A DNA stretch of 64,000 bases from the human T2T-CHM13v2.0 reference genome, Homo sapiens: NCBI RefSeq assembly GCF_009914755.1, contig NC_060937.1; one strand, given 5' to 3'. Position 1 is the stretch's first letter. Every line of letters begins with the position of its first letter. This document shows positions 12,601 to 24,404 of this stretch, in pieces. The notes under the pieces are model-generated. The model was not told the origin of the DNA and did not search any database. It saw only the letters and a program-made list of their open reading frames with translations. The position numbers and the translations under genes were made by a program.

Positions 12601-14245
12601 AAAAACTGAAGGAATCATATTACCTTACTTGAAATTATACTGCAGAGATACAGTACCCACAATGACATGGTACTGGAAGAAAAATGGACAAATATATCAG
12701 TAGAATGGAATACGGATCCAAGAGATAAATCCATACATCTACAGTAAACTCATTTTTGACAATGGTGCCAAGAACAAACATTGGGGAATGTACTGTCTCT
12801 TCAATAAAGATGCTGGGAAAACTGGATATCTATACACAGAAGAATGAACGTTGACCCTCTATCTCTTTCTCTATACAAAAATCAAATCAAAATGAATTAA
12901 AGACTTAAATCTAAGACATCAAACTACTAGTAGAAGATACTGGAGAAACTATCCAGGACATTGGATTTGGCAAAGATTTATTGAGGAATCAACCTCAAGC
13001 ACAGGCAACCAAAGCAAAAATGGACTAACAGGATCCTATTAAATTAAAAATCTTCTGCATAGCAAAGGAAACAATCAACAGGGTGAAGAGACAACCCACA
13101 GAATGAGAGAAAATATTTGCAAACTACCAATCTGACAAATTATCAATAATCAGAATACATAAGGAGTTCAATTGTGTAGGAAAAAAGATATCTGATTTTT
13201 TAAAAAATGGGCAACATATCTGATAGATATGTCTCAAAAGGAGAGCTACAAATGGCAAACAGGTATATGAGAAGGTGCTCAACCTCACTGACCATCAGAG
13301 AAATGGAAATCATAACTACAATAAGATATCATCTCAAATGATATATCTCAAAAAGATATCATTTCAAATGATATATCTCAAAAAGATATATCATTTGAGA
13401 TATCATCTCAAATAAAATGGCTTTTATTTAAAAGACACGCAATAACAAAGGCCGGTGAGGATGTGCAGAAAAGGGAACCCTCATACACTGTGGAAATGTA
13501 AATTAGTACAACTACTATGGAGAACTGTTTGGAGGTTCTTTAAAACTAAAAAGACAGCTACCATGTGATCCAGCAATTCCACTGTTAGATATATACTCAA
13601 AAAAAAGAAAATAAACATCATGAAGAGATATCTGCACTACCATATTTATTGCATCATTGTTTACAATAGCCAAGATTTGGAAGCAACCTAAGTGTCCGTC
13701 AACAGAAGGAAACATAAAGAAAATATGGTACATTGACACAACAAAGTACTATTCAGCCATTAAAATAAAGAGATGCTGTCATTTGCAACAACATGGATGG
13801 AACTGAAGGTCATTATGTTAAGTGAAATTATCTAGCCATAGAAACAAAAACTTGACATGTTCTCACTTGCTTCTGGGAGTTAAACATTAAAATAATTAAA
13901 CTCATGGAGACAGAGAGTAACAGGATGGGTATCAGAGGCTGGGAAAGGGTATTGTGGTGGTGGCGAGAAGGAAGTGGAGATGGTTAATGGGTATGAAATG
14001 TAGTTAGCAAGAATGAATAAGACCTACCATTTGCTAGCAAAACAGGGTGACTATAGTAAAAAAAAAATTATTGTACATTTACAAATAACTAAAAATGTGT
14101 AATTAGATTGTTTGTAACACTAACGATAAATTTTTGGGGTTATGGATACCTCTTTTACCCTGATGAGATTATGACACATTGCATGTCTGTGCCAAAAGTT
14201 TTCATGTACTTCATAAATATACCTACTATGTACCCACAAAAATTA
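6650..14245 (+). mobile_element. Near-full-length inactive LINE-1, L1MA2-like (L1MA1-3)
   Basis: GC-richer 5'UTR (~6650-8330). ORF1 remnant 8926-9255 (RYLIIKFQNVKDKERTLKAAREEKQIT...FPDKQKLRDF). ORF2 start MAGVSSYSSIITLNVN at ~9796. ORF2 fragment 11023-11370 ([23 protein letters not shown]). RT motif TTAGCAGATGATATA. L1MA1-3-type 3' end CCTACTATGTACCCACAAAAATT. Many stops and frameshifts. Confidence 0.92.
12005..12238 (-). repeat. 234-bp inverted duplicate of 10167-10400 inserted into L1 ORF2
   Basis: Reverse complement matches 10167-10400 with 3 substitutions and no indels by manual alignment. Confidence 0.97.
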
Positions 14246-14430
14246 ATTAACAATTTTTAACTATTAAATTATTTTAACTAAATTGCATGTGGGAATTAAT
14301 TTATTAAATAAGTTTGTTTAAGCTTCTTTTTATTCTTTGTTCAGAATGCCTCAAAACATTCACCAAGTCTCCAAAACGTTGGCATGGCACACATTCCTCA
14401 CAAACCATAAGAAGTTACAGGCCTTCTATA

Positions 14431-14653
14431 CAAAAGGTCAACAAGCTTCTTTAAGTAGCTAAGTAGTAAATATCTTAAAATTGTGAGTTTTATGGTTTCT
14501 GCAGAAAGTATTTAACACTCTCTTGCAGCAGGAAAGCAGTCTATGGCTGCTTGCTTGTAAACCAATAAGGATGGCTCTGGTCTAATAAAACTTTATTTAC
14601 AAAAACAGGCAACAGACAGGAATTGGTATATGGTCCATATTTCAATGACGTCT
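14431..14653 (+). mobile_element. MER58A-like hAT-Charlie DNA transposon
   Basis: CAAAAGGTCAACAAG...ATAAAACTTTATTTACAAAAACAGGC...GACGTCTG. 8-bp TSD-like flanks TTCTATAC/CTCTAAAC. Confidence 0.8.
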
Positions 14654-15898
14654 GCTCTAAACCCTTGCCCTTCAACCTTTAAAATGCATATTAACCTCAT
14701 GCATTGATGAAGTTTGTTTTGATAAAGTTGTAACAGGATGTTATAATCCAGTTTTTAATCTGGAATATCTTTGACAATGTCTATCTCTAGAGTGCTACTC
14801 CATAAATAATCCCAAGGTATCATGTGCTATTACCTGAAGCTATTACACACATTGACAAGACAATGGCACATGAGACTTTGAATCACATGCCAAAACATGC
14901 CTTGAAAATTGATGGTGCGTATGTATGTATGTGTGTACATAAGTTTGTAAAAGAGTACAAATTTTTGTCATTTCTTCTGAAAATTTTCATGCACAAACCC
15001 TTATTTGTATTATTTATTAATCGTATAATGACATTAACCCTATAACCAATAATCCCTAAATTTTTCTTAATTTCCCTAGGTAGGAAAGCACAGCCATCTC
15101 TTCTCTTTTCTCCTAAGCAACATTCTAATTTTGTCTTACACCTCAATATTATTTATAAGTTTAGTAGAAGTACGAGATACAAAATCTGGCTTTATATATC
15201 CTGTGTAGTCAAAGCTTTTTTTATTTTTATTTTTAAATTAGATATGCATATACATATACATACTTTCAAAGTCTTTGTGAAAAAAATTATTCAAAGATTG
15301 AAAGAATATAGGCCTATATTAATAGCTAAAATGTATAGCCCATACTCAGTATCAGGTAATGTGAAAGCATTTGGTGTGAATTAGTTCATGTAATATCACA
15401 ACTGATGGGGTCAGTACTCATTAGAGGCCAATTACATATATTAGAAACATAAACCTATGTAAGTTAAAATAAAATACTAAAATGTTCAGAGCTATGTATC
15501 AAACTCAATCTCTAAGACACCATAAAGATTATAGTGCTTGAAGGTACGCCACGATATAATGTGACAAGTAGGTTAGGCAATGAAATACAATATCTTACTT
15601 CATCTGAAGCTACTCATCTTTTTAAATGTTAATAATAGTTTCTTTTGGGAAACTTGGGATGTCACGCTTCTACACAACAAATATTGCTTGGCTAAGTTTA
15701 TCTTCAGCTACAAAATGCATGTATAAAGATTTTCAATTGTGCCTTTTGGGGTAAGGATAAGTAAATGAAATAGTGAATGTATTAAAATATACGTATATAT
15801 ATCATACTTAAGCACCTAGTATTGTTGAAAAGTAGAGAAGAATTTCATATTAGCAAAACTATATCAAATAGTCTTAGTTTTAAACAGGTTTAATAGCA

Positions 15899-17256
15899 TG
15901 TTACTGGTAGAAAACAAAAACAAAAACAAAAGTACACACACATAGACCAATGGAACAGAATAGAGAAACCAGAAATAACACTGCATCTGATCTGCACAGC
16001 CATCTGGTCTTGGACAAAGTTGACAAAAATAAGCAATGGGGATAGAATTCCCTATTCCATAACGCTGGGATAGCTGACTAGCCCTATGCAGAAAACTGAA
16101 ACTGTACTTTAACTTTTCACCATATGCAAAAGTTAACTCCAGATGGATTAAATCCTTAAATGTAAGCCCTCAAACTGTAAAAATCTTAGAAGAAAACCTA
16201 GAAAACACCATTCTGGACATCAGCCTTGGAAAATAATTTATGATTAAGTCTTCAAAAGTAATAGCAAGAAAAACAAAAATTCACAAGCGGGACTTGATTA
16301 AACTAAAGAATTTTGTGTAACAAAAAAGAAAAAAGCCATCTAGTAGACAGACAACCTACTGAATGAGAGAAGATAGTTGCAAACAATATATAGAATCTCG
16401 GCAAAAGACATAATCAGGCACTTATCAAAAGAAGACACGTAAGTGGCCAAAAAGCATATGAAAACATGCTCTACATCACTAATCATTTGTTTTGTGCAAA
16501 TCAAAACTGCAATCAGATACCATCTCACACCAATTAGAATGTCTATTATTAAAAAGTCAAAAAACAACAGATGCTGGTGAGGCTGGAGAGAAAAGGGAAC
16601 ACTTACACACTGTTGGTGGGAATGTGTATTAGTTTAGCCACTGTGGAAAGCAATTTGGAGATGTCTCAAAGAACTTAGAACAGACCTACCATTTGACCCA
16701 GCAATCCCATTACTGATTATATATCCAAAAGAAAATAAATTGTTCTACCAAAAAGACCATGTACTTGTGTGTTTATTGCAGCACTATTCACAAAAGCAAA
16801 GAAATAGGACCAATCTAAGTGCCCATCAACAGTAGACTGGATAAAAAAGAAAATGTTGCTTATATATAGACCATGGAATACTATGCAGCCATAAAAAAGA
16901 ATAAAATCATGCCCTTTGCAGCAACATGGATGCAGCTAGAAGCCATTATACTCAGCAAATTAATGCAGGAACAGACAAGGAAACATTGCATGTTCATGTT
17001 CTTACTTACAAGTAGGGACTAAGCATTGAGTAGGCATGGACATAAAGATGGGAACAATAGACACTCAAGGGTACCAGAAAGTGGAGAGAGGAATGGCCGC
17101 AAAGGCTGAAAACTATCTATTGTGTACCATGCTCACTATCTTCATGACAGGACCATTCACACCCCAAACACCTCAGTGTCACACAATACACCCATGTAAC
17201 AAACTTGCACATGTATTCCCTGAATCCAAAATAAAAGTTGAAATTATTAAAAAGAA
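15899..17256 (+). mobile_element. 5'-truncated L1PA15/16-like element with an internal deletion near 16385-16400
   Basis: ORF2 C-terminal sequence (CATAGACCAATGGAACAGAATAGAG...). 3'UTR ends GAATCCAAAATAAAAGTTGAAATTATTAAAAAG. Confidence 0.85.
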
Positions 17257-17568
17257 AGAAGTAAAACATGAACAGATTTAGGCAGGACTATCTGAGAGAA
17301 GTCTAGCGCATTTGATGGAGACAAGTGCAAAGGGAATTAAATTTAACAGAAAAGAGGAAACATAAAGGTAAATATACAGCAAAATGACATTAATATAATA
17401 AGAATAGTAGTGGAAAACATTAATATATGTTGTCTATATAAACCAATCATTTATGTGGCACTTAAGCACACAATTTATGTATCAAAGAACCATTTGTTTA
17501 TTCAAAAATATTTATGGTTTTGTTGACTCTGTCTGCATGGTCTGAGGCTGGGTTCCGAACAATTCAAG

Positions 17569-17796
17569 AGCTTGGAGGCCTTCTAACAGGACTGGCTACA
17601 GGGCAATGCAAAGTCAATCAAGAGACCATCCAGTGGCTCTTGGAGGAAAATGACCAGCTAAGGTGTTGTATCACGGAACATCAGAACAAGAGCTAGGCAG
17701 GAGAGCATCCAGAACCAGCATACCTTACATAGAAGTCTTGTTTACTTGGCTACCATACAGACACCTGCCTAACCATGCTTCAAAAGTAATGGTTAA
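17569..17796 (+). pseudogene. Processed pseudogene of SS18L2 (SS18-like 2; SSXT/SNH domain)
   Basis: Across frames it reads AF*QDWLQGNA/KVNQETIQWLLEENDQLRCCITEHQNKS*AGE/IQNQHTLHRSLVYLAT/...SKVM. This is colinear with SS18L2 as I recall it (AFVPDWLRGKAEVNQETIQRLLEENDQLIRCIVEYQNKGRGNECVQYQHVLHRNLIYLATIAD...SKAME). No introns. Start ATG lost, stops at 17584 and 17694, several frameshifts. UTR-derived sequence may extend both sides. Confidence 0.9.
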
Positions 17797-17925
17797 TCTT
17801 CCAGTTGGTGGTTGTAAGTAATTTAATATATCTCCTTTGAAATATGACTGGATTTTTATCAACTCAACTGCTTAAGAGATGAATGAAACCGCTATGGGTT
17901 TCTTTAAGAAAACGGGAAAATGTGT

Positions 17926-18167
17926 GGCTGGGCGCGGTGGCTCACGCCTGTAATCCCAGCACTTTGTGAGGCCAAGGCAGGTGGATCATGAGGTCAGATT
18001 GAGACCATCCTGGCTAATATGGTGAAACCCTGTCTCTACTAAAAATACAAAAAAATTAGCCGGGCATGGTGGAACATGCCTGTAGTTCCAGCTACTCAGG
18101 AGGCTGAGGCAGGAGAATCACTTGAACCCAGGAGGTGGAGGTTGCAGTGAGATGAAAAATAAAAAAA
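17926..18167 (+). mobile_element. Alu (AluSc-like) missing the last ~50 nt of the right arm
   Basis: GGCTGGGCGCGGTGGCTCACGCC...GTTGCAGTGAG runs directly into an A-rich tail. TSD GGGAAAATGTG at 17914-17924 and 18168-18178. Confidence 0.95.
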
Positions 18168-18289
18168 GGGAAAATGTGAAGAAAGCTGCTAAGACAACTA
18201 TATTCTCATCACAAATATTTATTTTATTAATTTATCAGATTCTTTAATGAGTAGACCTGGATGTGTTCTTTTCTGAAGTGAGCAAAGAC

Positions 18290-19400
18290 AGGATGGGTAA
18301 CTTCAAGCATACCTTTTTAGTTTCAAACAGAAAAGGGAACTGAGTAAGTGTCGAACAGCAGGAATTGGTGAGACTCATAATGACATGTGGAGCACGTGAC
18401 AGTTAAGACTAAAAAGGGTAGCAGTGCCCATGTTAAAAAGTTCCCTGTACAACGTAGCAGGAAATTTTATTTTATAGACAGCAGTTAAGTATTCTATATT
18501 TACGTACAAAGATTAGTGGATAAAACATGTGTTTTTGAAAGGTCACTCATGCTCCAGTGTAAAGACAGAATGAGAGAAAGATGAGATTAAGATAGGAAGA
18601 GCAATTAGGAAACACTTTAAATAAACTAGGCCAAAAAATAACAGTGGCTTAGAGGAAAGTGCAGTCAGTGAGAATAAAAAGAAGTGGACAGAATAAAGAG
18701 ATCTGACACAGATATTGAATATTAAGCACATCAGGGTGTTGAGGGACAGGTGAAAATCATGAATTCCTTTATTAATTCCTTCAACAAATATCTGTTGAAC
18801 TCCTATTTTATGCTTATCAACTTTGTAGACACATGGTGACCATGAATAAACAAGAGAGAGAAAAAAAATCGCTGACATCATGAGAGTTGTATTTTAGGGA
18901 AATACAGATAATATATATAATAGATAGAAATCAATAATACATTTGAAAATAATAAGCAATACAGGCACAAAAGCAAAGAACAAGTAAATAACATTAAGGT
19001 TAAAAGTTTTGGGAGGAGAAGAGTTTGTCTCACGAAATATGGACAATTCTTTCAAAAGAATTTATTGTAATGGGGAGAAAAGTAATGGAGTGGGACCTTT
19101 AAAAAGGAACTGCAGTTAAGAGAATGCCTTTTCTCTGGTAAAATATGAGTAAGAATACAATTTTTTGTGCATATGGAAAAGATAAAGTGGTTAATAAAAA
19201 AATTAAGATGCAAGGGAGTGAGAAGGAAAAACTGTTGAAGCAATGTCTTTGAATCAGTAAGAGAGGATGATGTATAGTGCACCAGTCACATGAATTCAAT
19301 CTTTCAGATTCACTTAACTAGATGAATAATGGCCCCATTCACTGGACCAAGATACACAGGAAGAAAATTCTGGAAAGAATAAACATAAACTCACATTTAG
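18290..19400 (-). mobile_element. L2 remnants (several fragments)
   Basis: Purine-rich antisense L2-like sequence and the L2 3' terminus motif ATTCCTTCAACAAATATCTGTTGAA at ~18775. Confidence 0.55.
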
Positions 19401-19591
19401 ATGTATTATAAAAGTGTCATCCTTATGACATGTGTATGTATCTCTATACTTTTAACTAGGGCAAGAGTTCAAATAGTGTTTAAAATATAACGTGCTAAAT
19501 GCTTAAAATTTGCATATTAAACTAATCAACAACTAAATAATATTTGTTTTATTCTCCTAACCTGACAACCATACATTCGCACTGGAAAAAT

Positions 19592-19868
19592 AGAAAGTAC
19601 AACAGAGTGACTATAATCAATAGTAATTTAATTGTTCACTTTCAAATACCTAAAAGAGTATAACTGAATTGTTTGCAACATAAAGGATAAGTACTAGAGG
19701 GGATGGATACCTTGTTTATCATGGTGGGATATCATTTATTCTTTGTTCAGAATGCCTCAAAACATTTACCCAGATTCTTACATGTTGCATGCCTGTATCA
19801 AAGTATCTCATGTACCTCATAAATCTATATACCTGCTGTATACACACACAAAAATAAAGAAAATAGAA
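19592..19868 (+). mobile_element. L1MA1-3-like 3'-end fragment carrying a ~40-bp foreign insertion
   Basis: ACAACAGAGTGACTATAATCAA...GGATGGATAC...TTGCATGCCTGTATCAAAGTATCTCATGTACC, then an A-rich tail. Confidence 0.85.
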
Positions 19869-20129
19869 AGAATGAGTTATAAGCTTTTGGTATATAGCCA
19901 AAGCTGGCAAAATTGTGAAGACAACTGGATTATTTAGATCTATATAGTATCCCTTAGGTTTATCTTCTATAATATTTTAATCATTATTCTAACAAAGATA
20001 ATAGCACTATATTACTCATTGGTTTAAAAACTTCTGAACTTATTCAAATATTTTCCCATTGAGATTTCACCTTAATCTATAGTGCTCAGATATAGTTTCT
20101 AACTAGACTGCAGTCTAGTTTACATTTAA

Positions 20130-20501
<372 letters not shown>

Positions 20502-21726
20502 TAAAAATGTTATTGGAATAAAATCTTGGTGCACATTTCATATGTAACTCTTTTGATTCACAAAAACTTAATTTCTACAAGATTAACAAATATTTTAAAA
20601 ATTATTTAAAATTAAAATATCCGCATTAGAATAGTCATTTTAAGCTATTGCAATATATTTAGCATATATATAAATATAATATTCTATATCATTAAATATA
20701 TAGTATAAATAATATATGTAAATGATATATGTGTTATATACATATTCCAAAACTACGTAACAGTCATTAATTGAGTAGTGTAAATCTAAGACAATCTCAT
20801 TTAGAATTCTTATAATTCTCTCTTCATATAAGGGATAGTTTTTTTTTCTTAAATCCTTTAGTTTATTTAGTGTCTCATCTAATGTAAATCCTATTGAGTC
20901 AAGAGTATTTAAAAGGCATCCTCTCTGAGTTTTTATAATATTTTTGAGATATGATGTGATCATAAAGATATTCTGACTGTAAGTGGGTCCAGAAATATCC
21001 TATGTAATTTTTTAATTGATATAAACATTGCAATGGCTATTCATCTATTGATCTTATGTCTCATAGTGACAAATTTAAACTATGTGCCGACAATGAAAAA
21101 AAAAATTTCTGGACTTTTTGCCAAAATTTAACTGACACTAAAACACTAATTTTTCATTACCATCTCCCTTAGAGCCATTAATACAATTTGAAAGACTTTT
21201 ATTTAAACAACACTAAAATTGTAATTTATAAAATGTTAATGTATTACATAATTTGTTGAATATAAAACTATTCACAATTCTTATATTTAATATCATGTAA
21301 TTGTCAAAGAAAAAACTCAAATAACTATATATATGCATATGTATATATACACAGTCACATATATACACATGTATATTTATAAATTATTTAAAATTCCAAA
21401 ATCTTTCCCAGCCATCATGTTCAATGTTTATAAATGTTACATTCATTGAGTGTCTCTGGAACCAATAAGTAGAGCATGGAGATAATCAAGAAAATTGATG
21501 CTTGACTCTACTGGAAAATAATACTTTGTTTTGCAAGAATTATTAATTTGTTTGCTCTAAGAGGAAATATTTGAAAAGTTAAAATATGTGCCTTTTCACT
21601 TTGTTAATTAAACTAGTCCTGAATTCTGAAGTGGTGTCTCTCCACATCATTGGCAAAGATACAACCAATGTCTCTTCACAGCATTCTTATGGCAGCATTC
21701 GTTCCTAGGAAATAGAACAAGCAATT

Positions 21727-21730
<4 letters not shown>

Positions 21731-21776
<46 letters not shown>

Positions 21777-21782
21777 TGTGTG
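21731..21782. repeat. Compound (TC)n(TG)n microsatellite
   Basis: Seen directly in the sequence. Confidence 0.95.
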
Positions 21783-24084
21783 TTACTATTTGTGTGTATA
21801 TGTTCATATACATGTGTGTATGATATACTGGCCCTTTTCGGCTTGGGATCCATGTCAGCAGATGCTCTTGCCTGAGTGTAAGGGAACCAACAAATGAAAA
21901 AGAATAGGCTGAATATAGAATGTAAATATAAAAAATGTAGCATATAAAACTGAAACTATTGGAATTAGTTTCATAACAAATGAAGAGTGTAAAGAAAAAA
22001 AATAAATGTTTCAGGGAAAAATATATTAGAAATGAATAGAAAATTAAAGTCCATAAAAAAATTACAGAGATCAACATGGGAAGTGGGAAGAAAGATCATA
22101 TGGAACCACTTACTGTAAAATGGGAGAATTTTAATGAGGTAAATGTATAAATGCTGCAGAAATGTCTAATAAGATAATATCCAGAAATAATTTTATGTAG
22201 AAGAATACTATTAGTTGTCTGCCTGACAGCATTTTCCCAATTTGTTCTTTGTAGTAAGAATCTCATTTTGAGAATATAAATAAAAATAATAATCTGTGTA
22301 GAGGGATTAGAAAAGAAAAAGAATACCAGAAAAAATAAAAAGTAAGGATTTATATAAGTCACAATGAGCCAAGTTTAGTAGCAGATAAAAACATTTGAAA
22401 TGTTACATATGGATTAACAATTTGAATTGAAAAGATCAGCAATCTTGGAAAAGTATGATTGTAAATCTGTATTTTGTGGTTAATTGAAAAATGAAGACTA
22501 CAACAAGAGACAGTGAGGGTTGAACTTGCTCAATATCCTTTGCTTAGGAAGTCTGGAGTATACTTAGATGGATGCATGAGCTTGAAGGAAGCTCATTTAA
22601 TTTTTGTTTTTTGTTTTATTATGTAATTTATAAAGACAATTTTTAAAGCATTGTATAGCCAGAAAAAAAGTTAAACTTAAATTCTGCTTTCATAATTTCT
22701 GTTAGGATCCTGAGCTATCACTTATCCACTAGGCCTGCATTTCCATATTTTCAAAAGGGATTTTGATAAATTTAACATCCTTTTCATTTCTGCTTCTGGC
22801 TGAAAAACCAGAAGCACAATCCGTGATAGGTAATTTATATATCTTGGCTCTTTCAACTAAATCACATTGCTCTTGAATTTAATATTGCTTTTCTTTGACA
22901 ATGACTAATGAATATTATTGATTATTACAAGCTGACTCTCAGTTAACTCTTGAAAAAGTATGCATATCTGTTTTATAATGATAGATAACAGAACAACTTT
23001 ATGATGCATAAACAATGAATCATTGCAAGAAAGGGGTCACTAGAAATTTAAATATTTATAGATTATAAAGTGCATCAAAACTTTGTGATAAGTTAGGCAA
23101 TAAAGAGCACATTTTATAACTGTCAATTATTTTAATGACTAATATATTTTTCATAAGGAGTGTTACAATGATAAAAGATTGTAAAGTGAGCAATTTTTTA
23201 AAAGCTGGTTGATTTCAATTTGCTTACTGCATTAATAAGATACAAATACTTACACTTAAATCATAATAAAAATTCATATGATTACTGAAGGTTGAACACT
23301 GCCATATTAATTAGTGAAAAATACGGTTTTAAAAGACTTTAGCAAGAAATACAGTGATTATTTCTAAATACACATAAAGATATGCATTTTTATTTATGCA
23401 ATACTATTTTGAATATTTCTGCAAATGATTCTGACTTAATTGGAGAACAGCTGAAAAACATATATTAAAGACATATTTGTGAGAGGCAACATACAATGCA
23501 CTTAATATTCTAGTACAGTCTTGCAAAAACATTAGGAAAATTTCCATTTTATAAAGGAAGAAAATGAAACTCAGTAAGATATAATAATTAACCAGTGATT
23601 TAACATTTAATGAGTGGTGACTACAAATTTATTTTCCTCTCTTTCTGCTCCCAATAAAATTTAAATTCATTAATCCTCGTCTTGTTTCTTATATAATAAC
23701 ATTTTATTCAAACTAGAATGCCTCTTTCTGAAAAAAATATTTATCATAATAGTAGAAAAACATTCATATATATGTATTTTAAGTGAGCAAAATAATTATT
23801 TTTGTAGTAATGATAGTATATTTCATAACTTTTAAAGGTAGACAACCAGGATGATAATTTGTAGTGTTCCAAAATTTGAGATTTCATTAGTGAAAGGGAT
23901 ATCCTAAAGCAAGACAAAAAATAGTAGAATAACCAGATAATACGTGTAGGAATAATCCTCCACTATGATTGTGACTTTTAATTCATTTAGTAGTTTAATG
24001 AGTTATTTAGTTAGCTTTATAACAAGTACACTACAAGGTGATATTAGTCTGAACATACTGGCTGACTTTATGAAAAATAGAGTC

Positions 24085-24404
<320 letters not shown>

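Noticed and set aside
13323-13412. 30-bp direct repeats (also 37641-37704 and 28843-29072) as CRISPR-like arrays
   Set aside because: No unique equal-length spacers, no cas genes and a primate context. They are tandem or repair duplications.
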